DNA of 64,000 nucleotides from Candidatus Levyibacteriota bacterium (GTDB lineage Bacteria > Patescibacteriota > Microgenomatia > Levybacterales > UBA12049), in the NCBI GenBank assembly GCA_016432345.1, contig CP066685.1, positions 176,236 through 240,235 on the forward strand, in the 5' to 3' direction. Numbering within the stretch: position 1 is the stretch's first letter; every line of letters starts with the position of its first letter. Shown here in pieces: positions 25,104-35,420 of this stretch. A model generated the notes under the pieces. It worked only from the letters and a program-made list of their open reading frames with translations, searched no databases and was not told the origin of the DNA. The position numbers and the translations under genes are program-made.

Positions 25104-26903
25104 TTAACCAACGACGGCGTATATTCGTCTCTGTCCATGGCCGATGTTTTCTTGTTTTATAATTGTAAAATTTTTTATTACCCCAGTATGTTTTACATGC
25201 GGCCCGCCACAGAACTCTTTTGAGTAATTACCAACAAAATACACTTTGACTTGGTCTTGATACTTTTCGTCAAAAAGTCCAATGGCGCCAATTTTTTTGG
25301 CTTGTTCTAATGGTATCATTTCAAAATGAACAGGTAAATCAAGTTTTATTTTCTGGTTGACAGTCTGTTCAATTTTTTGGATTTCTGTATCTGATAACTT
25401 TTTATCGTAATTAAAGTCAAAACGCAAGCGTTTTGTTGTAATGTTAGATCCTGTTTGGTGTACATGATTTCCTAAAATATCCCTGATGGCTTGGTGTAGA
25501 AGATGTGTTGCTGTGTGACCCATGATTGTTTTTTCGCTATGATCTGCCAGCCCTCCGGCAAATTTTTGCGCCGCCCCGCTTCGGGAAAGCGCTTGATGTT
25601 CTTCCATTTTCTTGGCAAATTCTTGGTCGTTAAAAGTAAACCCAAGACTTTTAATTTGGCTAGGAGATAAGCCATGAGTCGAGTACAAGACAAAAGCAGC
25701 TTCGGCAGAAATTACTTTTACACCTATTAATTCATCACCTTGTTGAGAATATTGTTTTACTATATATGCTTTTGCTCGTTGAAGCGTTTTTCGGTACACT
25801 TGTTCTTCTTCTGTAATTGCATAACGGATTTTTTCATATTTATTTTCCAAAACAGGGTCGGTTTCTTTATATTGCTGCGCAATAGTTTCGATGATAGTAT
25901 AAATATTTTTGCCATCAAGCAGATCAAAATTGTCGAATGCGCGACGTAATAAGCGTCTTAAAATATACCCCTGTTCGGTATTTGACGGGGTAACGCCATT
26001 GCTAATCATAAAACATGAGGCAATTAAATGATCTGCAATAACACGTATTTCTTTTGGGCTTTTTTCATATTCTTTGGCAGTTTGTGTTTCGATTGTTTTA
26101 ATAATGGGGTAAAAAAGAGACGTTTGAAAAACATCTTGTTTGTTTTCGCATGCAGCAAGTAGCCGCTCAAGTCCACCGCCAAAGTCAACGTTTTTTTGCG
26201 GCAATTCTTTAAATGATCCGCTCTCTTGTTTTTGGTACTGCATAAAAACAGAATTGCCTATTTCTAGGTATCTGCCGCAATCACAGTTTATATGGCAGGT
26301 TTTGCCAAATTTTGGGTTATGCGGCGTTTCAAAATCAAAAAAAACTTCACTGTCTGGTCCTCCTGGTTCTCCTGCTGGCATATTTTCGGGAGCTCCTGCT
26401 CTTGACCACCAGTTTTTAGACGCGCCATAAAAGAAGATATGATTTTTTGGATTAATGCCAGCATTTATAAAAAGCTCTTGCCAAATATTTTCTGATTCTG
26501 TGTCTTTATAGATATCATTATAACCCTGGAAAACACTAACATAAAGTTTTTCCAAGGGTAAGTTTAACTCTTTTATTAGAAATTCAAAAAACCAAGAGAG
26601 TTGCTCTTTTTTAAAATACCCGCCTAACGACCAATTACCAAGCATCCTAAAAAAAGTAGTGTGTCGGTTGTCGCCAATCTCGTCTATATCTTGAGCGCGA
26701 AAACAATTTTGCACATTAACTAATTTTTTTCCCTGTGGATGCTTTTCGCCAAGAAGATAAGGAACAAGCGGCTGCATGCCACTGTTGGTAAAAAGGGTGG
26801 TCGGGTCGTTTTCGGGAACAAGGGGTGCATTAGGAATTTGTTTGTGCCCTCTTTTTTCAAAAAAGGCAATATATTTTTCAATAATTTTTTTTGCTATGAT
26901 CAC
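25104..26903 (-). CDS. alaS: Alanine--tRNA ligase, short form (catalytic, tRNA-binding and editing domains; no C-Ala domain)
   Basis: It shows the class II AlaRS core (FTNSGM, FRMLGNWS) and the editing-domain motifs HTATHLL and CGGPHV. It is 599 aa, against roughly 870 aa for typical AlaRS. It has a GTG start. Confidence 0.9.
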   Translation of the reverse strand: MIIAKKIIEKYIAFFEKRGHKQIPNAPLVPENDPTTLFTNSGMQPLVPYLLGEKHPQGKKLVNVQNCFRAQDIDEIGDNRHTTFFRMLGNWSLGGYFKKEQLSWFFEFLIKELNLPLEKLYVSVFQGYNDIYKDTESENIWQELFINAGINPKNHIFFYGASKNWWSRAGAPENMPAGEPGGPDSEVFFDFETPHNPKFGKTCHINCDCGRYLEIGNSVFMQYQKQESGSFKELPQKNVDFGGGLERLLAACENKQDVFQTSLFYPIIKTIETQTAKEYEKSPKEIRVIADHLIASCFMISNGVTPSNTEQGYILRRLLRRAFDNFDLLDGKNIYTIIETIAQQYKETDPVLENKYEKIRYAITEEEQVYRKTLQRAKAYIVKQYSQQGDELIGVKVISAEAAFVLYSTHGLSPSQIKSLGFTFNDQEFAKKMEEHQALSRSGAAQKFAGGLADHSEKTIMGHTATHLLHQAIRDILGNHVHQTGSNITTKRLRFDFNYDKKLSDTEIQKIEQTVNQKIKLDLPVHFEMIPLEQAKKIGAIGLFDEKYQDQVKVYFVGNYSKEFCGGPHVKHTGVIKNFTIIKQENIGHGQRRIYAVVG

Positions 26904-26914
26904 AATACTATACT

Positions 26915-26923
26915 ATTATACCA
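26915..26923 (-). promoter_or_regulatory. Extended -10 box TGGTATAAT upstream of alaS
   Basis: The reverse complement of 26915..26923 reads TGGTATAAT. The hexamer ends 11 nt before the GTG start at 26903. Confidence 0.45.
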
Positions 26924-27005
26924 CTATACCATGAAGTTACGATGTAAATCTTTTTTTTATTTTTTTTATTTATCCTGAAAAAAGGGCGTACCCTACTATA
27001 GGTTA

Positions 27006-27034
27006 TTGACACATAGTTCAATCTTATGTTATAC
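27006..27034 (+). promoter_or_regulatory. Putative rpoB promoter (TTGACA-17-TTATAC)
   Basis: The -35 hexamer is perfect, but the -10 is weak. Confidence 0.35.
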
Positions 27035-27066
27035 AAGTAAAGCTCTCATCAAGGAAAAACTAAGAG

Positions 27067-27091
27067 GGTAGCTTACCCAGCTACTTTTTTT
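27067..27091 (+). terminator. Terminator-like hairpin with T7 run in the rpoB leader (candidate attenuator)
   Basis: GGTAGCT-TACCC-AGCTACT is followed by TTTTTTT, 34 nt upstream of the rpoB ATG. Confidence 0.45.
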
Positions 27092-27125
27092 GTTGTATTA
27101 AGAGCAAAATCCTGCCGCAATTCAA

Positions 27126-30100
27126 ATGCCAAAGCACAATACACAAAAAAATTTAAGACAAAACTGGGGAAGATCATACACCAAATTACCAAAGCTTGAT
27201 TTGCTCGCAATGCAGAAAGATTCATATGAGTGGTTTCAAGAAGTAGCAATTGGTGAGGTTTTAAAAGAAATTTCTCCCATAGATGATTTTACAGAAAAAA
27301 ATTGGAATCTGCATTTAGGAGAATATCGTTTTGGTAAAGTATCTACCACTCCACAAACAGCACTTGTTAAAGGTATTACATTTGATGCTCCTTTATATGT
27401 TAAAGCAACATTAACCAATAAAAAAACTGGCAAAACTCAAACTCAAGAAGTATTTTTAGGTGATATTCCTCAAATGACAACCAGCGGAACATTTATTGTT
27501 AATGGAATTGAAAGGGCAGTGGTAAATCAGTTAGTTCGTTCTCCAGGATCATTTTTTACTGCTATTTCAGATGCGGTTACGGGAAGACCATTATATGTGG
27601 CGGAGATTAGACCAACTCATGGATCATGGCTTGAGTTTGTAACAACACGGCACGACACAATAACAGTAAAAATAGATAGAAGGAGAAAATTTTTAGTCAG
27701 TACATTTCTTAGAGCAATTGGTTTATCCTCAAACGAGCAAATCCAGGGAAAATTCAAGGCAATTGAAGAGTTGGACAAGAACGGTTTTATTAAAAATACC
27801 CTTATGAAGGATGAAACAGCGAGTGAAACAGAAGCGCTTATTGAGATTTTTAGAAAGATGCATCCTGGAGAGCCAGTTGTTTTAGAAAAAGTAAAAGAAA
27901 ATTTTCACGGGTTATTCTTTAACAGCAGAAGATATGACATAGGTAAAGTTGGAAGATATAAAATGAATAAAAAACTTGATGAAGTTCCAGGTTTTACTAA
28001 ATCAGAAGAGTATGTATTAACAATAGATGATATTATTGGTACGATAAGTTATCTTATTTTGCTTACCCAGGGCATTGGAAATATTGATGATATAGATAGT
28101 TTAGCCAATAGACGGATTAGAAGAGTTGGGGAATTAGTGGCCACAACGGCATTTCGTGTTGGAATCTTGCGGCTTGAGCGAAGCATTAAAGAGAGAATGA
28201 GTCTTATTCAGCCAGATGTGCCTGTTGTTATTTCCAGTCTTATCAATGCCCGTCCAATTATGGCCTCGATTAACGAATTCTTCAGAACTTCGCAGCTTTC
28301 GACAATTCTTGATCAAACAAATCCTCTTTCAGAGATAGATAATCTTAATCGGCTTACTGTGATGGGAACAGGTGGTATATCACGAGAACGCGCTTCCTTT
28401 TCGATTCGTGATATTAATAGTTCTCAATACAGCAGAATTTGTCCAATTAGATCTCCCGAGGGGCCTAATATTGGTCTTGTTACCTATGTTACTTCATATG
28501 CAAGAGTTAATGAGCATGGATTTTTGGAAGCTCCATATAGAAAAGTTGTGCAAGAGAAAAGAGGAGCAAAAATAATCATTAAAGCAACAGATGAAATTGT
28601 TTATTTTGATGCCGACGATGAAAGACGTCATTACATTACCCATGCCATGGCGCTGGATGAAGATGGTCATATAAGCCAAGATCGCGTGCCAGCAAGATTT
28701 AATGGAGAGTTTTTGGAAATTGAAAAAGAGAAGATTGAATATGTTGATGTAACGCCTCGTCAGGTTGTTGGCAGCGCTGCATCCCTTATTCCGTTTATTG
28801 CGCACGATGAGGCAAACAGAGCTCTTATGGGAACACACATGCAGTGTCAGGCAGTACCGCTTGTTAAGCCACAGTCGCCTATTGTTGGAACTGGTATGGA
28901 AGCGACAATTGCTCAAGTTATGGGTCGGGTAGTAAAAGCGCCATTTGATGGCAAAGTAACCTTTGTTGATGCCACAAAGCTTGTTTTGGAAGGGCAAAAA
29001 GGAGAAAAAGCCACATTTCTTATTGATTCTTTTAAGCGAACGGCGCAAGCCACCTCTTATACACAAAAAGCCTCTGTTGCAGTTTTAGAAAGAGTGAAAA
29101 AGGGAGATGTGCTTATTGATGGACCAGCTGCCGAAAGTGGAGAGCTGGCGCTAGGTCAAAATTTGCTTATTGCCTACACATCGCTTGATGGTTTGGGGTA
29201 TGAAGATGCTATTGTTATTTCTGATCGGCTTGTTAGGGAAGATATTTTGTCGTCTATTCATATTGAAAAATATGAAGCATCGGTGGTTGAGACAAAATTA
29301 GGTCCAGAGGAGACAACGCAAGATATACCAAATGTTTCAGAAGAAGATTTGGCTAATTTAGATGAAGATGGTATTGTGGTAGTAGGCAGCGAAGTAAGTC
29401 CGGGAGATATCTTAGTTGGAAAGATTGCTCCTAAAGGAGAAACAGAGTTAACAGCAGAAGAAAGACTTCTTCGAGCTATTTTTGGAGAGCAGGCGCGGGA
29501 AGTTCGGGATACTAGCCTTCGCATACCGCATGGAGAACGGGGAACTGTTATAAGCGTACAAACACTTGATAGGAAACATGGAGATGAACTAGAACCAGGA
29601 ACAATTCGAAAAATTCTGGTTGAGGTGGCGCAATTTAGACATGTTGTTGTTGGAGATAAGCTTGCAGGACGGCATGGCAACAAAGGGGTTATCTCCAAAA
29701 TACTGCCTCGAGCTGATATGCCATTTCTTTCCGATGGAACCCCCGTTGATATTGTTATTTCTCCAATTTCAGTACTCGCCCGTATGAATTTAGGTCAGCT
29801 TTTGGAAGCGCATCTTGGTTTTGCCGCCCAGAAATTAAATACAAAAATAGCAGCGCCTGTTTTTGAGAACATTAGCGAAGAGAAAATTATTGAGTTGCTT
29901 AAAAAAGCTGATTTACCCATAAATGGAAAAGCAACTTTATACGATGGCAGAACAGGTCAAGCATACGAAAACCCTGTAGTTGTTGGTATTGAGTATATTA
30001 TGAAGCTTATTCACATGGTTGAGGACAAGACTCATGCGCGTTCAACTGGGCCATACTCGCTTGTTACACAACAGCCGCTCGGCGGAAAAGCTCAAATGGG

Positions 30101-30503
30101 AGGACAGCGCTTAGGGGAAATGGAGGTATGGGCGCTTGAGTCGCATAGAGCGCGGTATGTCTTGCAGGAAATGTTAACTATTAAGTCCGATGATATTGTC
30201 GGTCGCGCCAAAGCATTTGAAGCAATTGTGAAAGGCGTGGATATTCCAACTCCTAAAGTGCCAGAATCCTTTAAAGTTCTTATTAAAGAGCTTCAGGCTT
30301 TAGGACTTAATGTTGTACCAGAGGGAGCAATGATTCAGCCGCAACTGCAAGTAATTGAAACTGCAGAAAGTTTACCAAAAGATTTAGGAGAGGAGAAATT
30401 TGAAAAAGAGGCAAAAGAGCTTCAAGAGACACTTGGAGGAGAAGAAATTGCCTTAGAAAGCGAAGGAATGCATGTTGGAGACACAGGGGAGAAGAAGCTA
30501 TGA
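27126..30503 (+). CDS. rpoB: DNA-directed RNA polymerase subunit beta
   Basis: Conserved RpoB blocks run throughout (GTFIVNGIERAVVNQLVRSPG, GRHGNKGVISKI, MNLGQ). Confidence 0.99.
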   Translation: MPKHNTQKNLRQNWGRSYTKLPKLDLLAMQKDSYEWFQEVAIGEVLKEISPIDDFTEKNWNLHLGEYRFGKVSTTPQTALVKGITFDAPLYVKATLTNKKTGKTQTQEVFLGDIPQMTTSGTFIVNGIERAVVNQLVRSPGSFFTAISDAVTGRPLYVAEIRPTHGSWLEFVTTRHDTITVKIDRRRKFLVSTFLRAIGLSSNEQIQGKFKAIEELDKNGFIKNTLMKDETASETEALIEIFRKMHPGEPVVLEKVKENFHGLFFNSRRYDIGKVGRYKMNKKLDEVPGFTKSEEYVLTIDDIIGTISYLILLTQGIGNIDDIDSLANRRIRRVGELVATTAFRVGILRLERSIKERMSLIQPDVPVVISSLINARPIMASINEFFRTSQLSTILDQTNPLSEIDNLNRLTVMGTGGISRERASFSIRDINSSQYSRICPIRSPEGPNIGLVTYVTSYARVNEHGFLEAPYRKVVQEKRGAKIIIKATDEIVYFDADDERRHYITHAMALDEDGHISQDRVPARFNGEFLEIEKEKIEYVDVTPRQVVGSAASLIPFIAHDEANRALMGTHMQCQAVPLVKPQSPIVGTGMEATIAQVMGRVVKAPFDGKVTFVDATKLVLEGQKGEKATFLIDSFKRTAQATSYTQKASVAVLERVKKGDVLIDGPAAESGELALGQNLLIAYTSLDGLGYEDAIVISDRLVREDILSSIHIEKYEASVVETKLGPEETTQDIPNVSEEDLANLDEDGIVVVGSEVSPGDILVGKIAPKGETELTAEERLLRAIFGEQAREVRDTSLRIPHGERGTVISVQTLDRKHGDELEPGTIRKILVEVAQFRHVVVGDKLAGRHGNKGVISKILPRADMPFLSDGTPVDIVISPISVLARMNLGQLLEAHLGFAAQKLNTKIAAPVFENISEEKIIELLKKADLPINGKATLYDGRTGQAYENPVVVGIEYIMKLIHMVEDKTHARSTGPYSLVTQQPLGGKAQMGGQRLGEMEVWALESHRARYVLQEMLTIKSDDIVGRAKAFEAIVKGVDIPTPKVPESFKVLIKELQALGLNVVPEGAMIQPQLQVIETAESLPKDLGEEKFEKEAKELQETLGGEEIALESEGMHVGDTGEKKL

Positions 30504-33500
30504 TTCAAGATAAAAACAAAAAATTAAAAGATCAGACAATTATTGATTTTAAGTCGCTAAAAATTCTTTTAGCAAATAAAGACGATATACTTTCGTGGTC
30601 ATATGGCGAAATAACCAAGCCTGAAACAATTAATTACAGAACGCTTCGTCCAGAAAAAGATGGACTTTTTGATGAGCGAATTTTTGGCCCAACCAAAGAC
30701 TGGGAATGTTATTGCGGAAAATACAAAAGAATTAGATACAAAGGAATTGTTTGTGATAAATGTGGTGTAGAAGTAACTTTATCGCGTGTCAGACGAGAGA
30801 GAATGGGTCATATTGCTTTAGCGTGTCCAGTTGGTCATGTCTGGTTTTTCAAAGGTCCCTCATCCCCTTTGTCTCTTATTTTAGACATTCCGCAAAAAAG
30901 TCTTGAATCAGTTATTTACTACGCATCATATCTTGTTATTGGTATTGATGATAAGAAGAAAGAGGATAGTTTGCAAAAATTTGCGAAAGTAATGGAGGAA
31001 AGACATAAAAAATTGAAAGAAGAGACAGAAATAGAGCAAAAAAGAATAGAGCAAGATACAGAAGAGAGAAAAAAAGGAACAAAAGGTAAGAAAACCGCTC
31101 CAGAACAGCGAGATCTTATTTTGTCAGAGCTTGATTTACAAAAAAGGCAAAAAGCTGCAGCGTTGGAGAAGAAATTCGAGGAAGAAAGCAGTAAAATTAC
31201 AGAAATTGGCGATGCATTAGCAAAGCTCATAAAAAGTCTTAGAGTAGGCAGTGTGCTTTCTGAAGAGGAATACTTTAAATTTCTTGAATACGATATTCCA
31301 ATTTTCTTCACCATGCAAACCGGCGCAGAAGGGTTGTATGCGCTTTTGGATAAACTTGATTTATCAGCTCTGATTGCCGATTTGCGAGAAGAGGCAGAAA
31401 AGTCATCTGGCGCAAGATATCTAAAGATTATTAAAAGGCTGAGGCTTATTGAGGCAATGCGCAAGGCAAATATTACTTCCTCCTCCATGATTTTAACTAT
31501 GTTGCCAGTTATTCCACCAGACCTTCGTCCAATGGTGCAGCTAGTTGGTGGCCGTTTTGCTACATCAGATTTAAATGATTTATACAGAAGAATTATTAAT
31601 AGAAACAGCCGTCTTAAGCATCTGATGCTTCTTGGCGCGCCAGAGATAATTCTTAGAAATGAAAAACGCATGCTCCAAGAGTCTGTTGATTCGCTTATTG
31701 ATGCGTCGCAAAGAAATCAAGTTGTTTCCGCGCCGCTTCGATCGCTTTCTGATATGCTTAGGGGTAAGCAAGGAAGATTTAGACAAAATCTTTTGGGAAA
31801 ACGTGTTGATTATTCGGGAAGATCTGTTATTGTGGTTGGTCCGCAGCTTCGTTTAACCCAGTGCGGGTTGCCAAAAGAAATGGCTTTGGAAATGTTTAAG
31901 CCATTTGTTTTGCGGGAAGTTATTATTCAAAACCTGGCGCCGAACATAAAAAGCGCCAAGCGATATATCGAAAAACGGCCGCCACAGGTATTTGATATTT
32001 TAGAAGAAATAACAAAAAACCATCCAGTTCTTCTTAACCGCGCTCCTACTCTTCATAAGCTTGGTATTCAAGCATTTTATCCTGTGCTTATTGAGGGATC
32101 GGCTATTCAGCTTCATCCATGTGTTTGCGCTGGATACAATGCGGATTTTGATGGCGACCAGATGGCTGTACATATTCCTCTTTCTCAAAATGCGCAGGAA
32201 GAAGCAATAAGATTAATGATGCCATCTAACAATTTGTTAAAACCTGCAGATGGTAGTCCAATTACTTTGCCAAATAAAGAAATGGCTGTTGGAATATTTT
32301 ATTTAACAGCCATGGATAATAATTTAAGAAAGGATATTTTACCAACATTTGCAAATATTAACGAAGCTGTACTTGCATATTCGCTGGAAAAGTTAAAACT
32401 AAAACAACCAATTAGCGTGCGGATAGAGGATAAAGGAGAGGAAAAAATAATTGAAACAACAGTGGGGAGATTGATGTTTAATGAACGGCTTCCCAAAAAG
32501 ATCGGTTTTGTTAATGATGCAGTAAAAGCCTCTGGCATAAACAAAATTATTCGTAAGGCGCTGTCGGTATGTACCCCAGAAGAAACAGCAAAACTTATAG
32601 ACGATATTAAAGATTTGGGATTTATTGCTGTAACTCTTTCTGGCATTTCCGTGTCTGTTTTTGACAACCAAATGGTTGAGGAAAAAGATGAGCTTATCAA
32701 AGAAGCAGAAAATAAAATTACCAAAATTGAACATGAATACCAAAAGGGACTTATCACAAGCGATGAAAAAAAGAGATTATCAAACGACGTATGGCTTAAA
32801 ACAACAGATAAGATTGCAGATTTAACATGGAATAGTTTAAAAACTGCAAACATGATTAAAACTATTATTGATTCAGAAGGAGCTCGCGCTGGAAAAGAAC
32901 AGCTAAAACAGCTTTCGGCAATGAGAGGTCTTATTCTTGATCCGTTGGGAAAGATTGTTGAACTTCCGATTAAATCAAACTTTAGAGAGGGATTGTCTAT
33001 TTTTGAGTATGTAGCATCAGCTAGAGGTTCGCGAAAAGGATTAACTGATTCAGCGCTTAAAACTGCCAATGCCGGATATTTAACCCGCAGACTTGTTGAT
33101 GTGGCGCACGATGTGTTGATTAAGGAAGAAGATTGTCAAGCAACAGATGGAACACTTATTTCTGCAAAAGATGATAGAACAGCTTCTTTTGCGAGCAGAA
33201 TTATTGGCAGAACCTCTTTGCAAAAAGTTGTTTCCAAAAAAACAAAAAAAACAATTCTTGATGCTGGAGAAGAAATTACCGAAGAAAGAGCGCATCAGCT
33301 TTTAGAAAACGATATTGCAGAAATTTCTGTTAGATCAGTTCTTTATTGCAATCTTTCTTATGGAGTTTGCGCTAACTGCTACGGGTGGGATTTTGCCACT
33401 CGAAAGAAAGTGCAATCTGGTGTTCCTGTAGGTGTCATTGGCGCCCAATCAATTGGAGAGCCTGGTACACAGCTAACTATGCGTGTTAGACACTTTGGAG

Positions 33501-34225
33501 GAGTTGTTATGTCTGATGTTACACAAGGATTGCCAAGAATCGAAGAGCTTTTTGAAATGCGAACACCCAAAAACTTCTCTCCAATTTCCGAGATCACTGG
33601 TAAAGTAAGCATAGAAACATCGGACGATGGGTATATTATTCGTGTTAAAAACACCCGTATGAAACCAGTTGAAGAAAAAGAATACTTTGTGCCGCTTGCT
33701 ACATCGCTTCTTGTTTCTGATGGAGATGAAATTGTTGCTGGAACACAATTTGCCCAAGGCTATCTTGATCCAAAAGAAGTTCTTCGGGTTAAAGGGCATA
33801 TTCAGACACAAAGACATATTATTGATGAAGCGCAAAAAGTATATGAATCGCAAGGAATTACTATTAACGATAAGCATTTTGAGGTGATTCTTCGAAAGAT
33901 GTCCGACAAAATTATTGTTGAAACGGTTGGAGATACTAGTTTTGTTCCAGGAGATTTTATTACAAATACGCGATTTGAAGAGGTTAACGCGGAAGTAATA
34001 GCCCAAGGCGGAGAGCCAGCAACAGGCAGAAGAGTGATTTTAGGAATCACAAAAGCAGCGTTATTCTCGGATTCATGGCTTTCTGCCGCATCATTCCAAG
34101 AAACAACAAAAGTCTTAACAGACGCAGCGCTTGAAGGGAGAGAAGATAAGCTTGTTGGACTTAAAGAAAACGTTATTATTGGTCGGCTTATCCCCGTTGA
34201 AGGAAAGGCTACACCTTTGGTATAA
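30500..34225 (+). CDS. rpoC: DNA-directed RNA polymerase subunit beta'
   Basis: It has a zinc-binding N-terminus ([15 protein letters not shown]) and the NADFDGDQM catalytic motif. It overlaps rpoB through an ATGA junction. Confidence 0.99.
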   Translation: MIQDKNKKLKDQTIIDFKSLKILLANKDDILSWSYGEITKPETINYRTLRPEKDGLFDERIFGPTKDWECYCGKYKRIRYKGIVCDKCGVEVTLSRVRRERMGHIALACPVGHVWFFKGPSSPLSLILDIPQKSLESVIYYASYLVIGIDDKKKEDSLQKFAKVMEERHKKLKEETEIEQKRIEQDTEERKKGTKGKKTAPEQRDLILSELDLQKRQKAAALEKKFEEESSKITEIGDALAKLIKSLRVGSVLSEEEYFKFLEYDIPIFFTMQTGAEGLYALLDKLDLSALIADLREEAEKSSGARYLKIIKRLRLIEAMRKANITSSSMILTMLPVIPPDLRPMVQLVGGRFATSDLNDLYRRIINRNSRLKHLMLLGAPEIILRNEKRMLQESVDSLIDASQRNQVVSAPLRSLSDMLRGKQGRFRQNLLGKRVDYSGRSVIVVGPQLRLTQCGLPKEMALEMFKPFVLREVIIQNLAPNIKSAKRYIEKRPPQVFDILEEITKNHPVLLNRAPTLHKLGIQAFYPVLIEGSAIQLHPCVCAGYNADFDGDQMAVHIPLSQNAQEEAIRLMMPSNNLLKPADGSPITLPNKEMAVGIFYLTAMDNNLRKDILPTFANINEAVLAYSLEKLKLKQPISVRIEDKGEEKIIETTVGRLMFNERLPKKIGFVNDAVKASGINKIIRKALSVCTPEETAKLIDDIKDLGFIAVTLSGISVSVFDNQMVEEKDELIKEAENKITKIEHEYQKGLITSDEKKRLSNDVWLKTTDKIADLTWNSLKTANMIKTIIDSEGARAGKEQLKQLSAMRGLILDPLGKIVELPIKSNFREGLSIFEYVASARGSRKGLTDSALKTANAGYLTRRLVDVAHDVLIKEEDCQATDGTLISAKDDRTASFASRIIGRTSLQKVVSKKTKKTILDAGEEITEERAHQLLENDIAEISVRSVLYCNLSYGVCANCYGWDFATRKKVQSGVPVGVIGAQSIGEPGTQLTMRVRHFGGVVMSDVTQGLPRIEELFEMRTPKNFSPISEITGKVSIETSDDGYIIRVKNTRMKPVEEKEYFVPLATSLLVSDGDEIVAGTQFAQGYLDPKEVLRVKGHIQTQRHIIDEAQKVYESQGITINDKHFEVILRKMSDKIIVETVGDTSFVPGDFITNTRFEEVNAEVIAQGGEPATGRRVILGITKAALFSDSWLSAASFQETTKVLTDAALEGREDKLVGLKENVIIGRLIPVEGKATPLV

Positions 34226-34235
34226 TAAACACCTT

Positions 34236-34706
34236 ATGCCTACTTTATCACAACTTTCTAAAAGAGGGAGAAAAAGAAAAATTAAGAAAACTCGTTCAAC
34301 AGCATTGCGACGCTTATACAATGCAAAAGAGCGTTTATATACGAATGATCTTTCGCCTCAAAAACGAGGGGTTGTAACATTGGTTAAAACTATGACGCCA
34401 AAAAAGCCAAACTCAGCCCTTAGAAAAGTGGCCAGGGTTAAGCTTTCCAACAGAATAGAAGTAACAGCATATATTCAAGGAGTTGGTCATGCACTTTCTG
34501 AACACGGCATTGTGCTTGTTCGCGGAGGACGGGTTAAAGATTTACCAGGAGTAAAATACCATATTGTTCGTGGAAAGTTTGATTTATTGGGAGTTGATGG
34601 CCGTAAGTCTTCACGAAGTAAGTATGGTACGAAGAAAGGTTTAGGCGGTGGACCGGCAGCTGCGCCGAAAGCGCAAGCATCGGCACCCGCGGCAACCAGC
34701 GTTTAG
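34236..34706 (+). CDS. rpsL: 30S ribosomal protein S12 (with an internal ~13-aa insertion and an Ala/Pro-rich C-terminal tail)
   Basis: It begins MPTLSQL and contains [15 protein letters not shown] and [14 protein letters not shown]. The track's start at 34131 runs inside rpoC and is rejected. Confidence 0.95.
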   Translation: MPTLSQLSKRGRKRKIKKTRSTALRRLYNAKERLYTNDLSPQKRGVVTLVKTMTPKKPNSALRKVARVKLSNRIEVTAYIQGVGHALSEHGIVLVRGGRVKDLPGVKYHIVRGKFDLLGVDGRKSSRSKYGTKKGLGGGPAAAPKAQASAPAATSV

Positions 34707-34730
34707 TTAATAGCGTCAGCGTATAGTTAA
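34704..34730 (+). repeat. Heptad block TAGTTAA TAGCGTC (-)AGCGTA TAGTTAA starting at the rpsL stop codon
   Basis: It uses the same words as the 652-672 array, with one T missing. Read directly from the sequence. Confidence 0.85.
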
Positions 34731-34740
34731 AAATAAAAAC

Positions 34741-34775
34741 TAAGCGCTAATATCTAGACGCTAAACGCTAAAATT
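34741..34775 (+). repeat. Five phased heptads TAAGCGC TAATATC TAGACGC TAAACGC TAAAATT ending at the rpsG ATG
   Basis: TAA or TAG occurs at 34741, 34748, 34755, 34762 and 34769, and the ATG at 34776 continues the same 7-nt phase. The block is an inverted version of the TAGCGT words. Confidence 0.85.
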
Positions 34776-35249
34776 ATGAGACATAAAAAAGTTGTAAAAA
34801 GAGAAACAAATACAGATCCAGTTTATAATAGTAAGTTAGTAGCGAAATTTATTAATAATATTATGATCGCTGGTAAAAAGACCGCTGCCCAGAAGACTTT
34901 TTATAATGCGTTGGTTATTCTTGAAAGCAAGGGTCAAGTGCCTTTGGAGGCTTTTGAAAAAGCAATTCAAACTGTGGGGCCAAGAGTAGAAGTGAAAGCC
35001 AGACGAGTAGGCGGAGCAAATTATCAAGTGCCGGCAGAAGTTAGGGGAGAGCGAAAAACTTCTTTAGCAATTCGTTGGATAATAGATGCTGCAAAAGCAA
35101 GGCCAAGCGCGCAGTTTCATACATTCGCCGAAAAGCTTGCAGCAGAGTTGTTAGACGTGCTGCAAAATCAAGGAGCAGCAATCAAAAAGCGAGATACAGT
35201 CCTTCGCATGGCCGAAGCCAACAAAGCCTTCGCCCATTTCCGTTGGTAA
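34776..35249 (+). CDS. rpsG: 30S ribosomal protein S7
   Basis: Typical S7 sequence (DPVYNS.LV.KFIN..M..GKK..A). Confidence 0.97.
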   Translation: MRHKKVVKRETNTDPVYNSKLVAKFINNIMIAGKKTAAQKTFYNALVILESKGQVPLEAFEKAIQTVGPRVEVKARRVGGANYQVPAEVRGERKTSLAIRWIIDAAKARPSAQFHTFAEKLAAELLDVLQNQGAAIKKRDTVLRMAEANKAFAHFRW

Positions 35250-35383
35250 TTCTGTCGATGTTATTTAAATGACCATTGGCTGCATGCAAACTTCCTCTTG
35301 CAAATCGTCTAATTTTCGTCTATCCCTAAGAACGATTTTGCGAATCATTATTATTTGATAATACTCTATGTTACATATAACTA

Positions 35384-35412
35384 TTGACTTCTTGCTTAAT
35401 GTAGTATAAAAT
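35384..35412 (+). promoter_or_regulatory. Putative fic promoter TTGACT-17-TAAAAT, 8 nt before the ATG
   Basis: Hexamers and spacing were read directly. The arrangement implies a leaderless or near-leaderless mRNA. Confidence 0.4.
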
Positions 35413-35420
35413 AGCCTTGT

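Noticed and set aside
26941-27000. The T-rich tract plus GGGCGTACCC upstream of rpoB, as a terminator.
   Set aside because: The stem is only about 3 bp, and no gene ends here on either strand. It is probably just AT-rich divergent promoter spacer.
28494-29066. A 190-aa minus-strand ORF inside rpoB. Similar antisense ORFs occur in fusA (37791..38533), rplC (47091..47600) and the GH18-like gene (41931..42446).
   Set aside because: All are embedded antisense in well-supported genes, and none has a plausible protein signature.
30919-33069. Long antisense ORFs inside rpoC (30919..31671, 250 aa, and 32299..33069, 256 aa, both minus strand).
   Set aside because: They are fully embedded antisense to a strongly conserved CDS. 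Their translations are low-complexity and S/F/L/I-rich with no recognisable motifs. This is a typical shadow-ORF artefact of AT-rich, K/E-rich coding sequence.
34131-34235. The upstream extension of the rpsL ORF (track start at 34131).
   Set aside because: The extension lies inside the rpoC coding region and adds non-S12 sequence. The canonical S12 N-terminus MPTLSQL starts at 34236.
35269-35361. A 30-aa ORF (MTIGCMQTSSCKSSNFRLSLRTILRIIII) in the rpsG-fic spacer.
   Set aside because: It has no SD or promoter context, its composition is implausible, and it overlaps the imperfect hairpin that more likely marks the end of the rpsG transcript.
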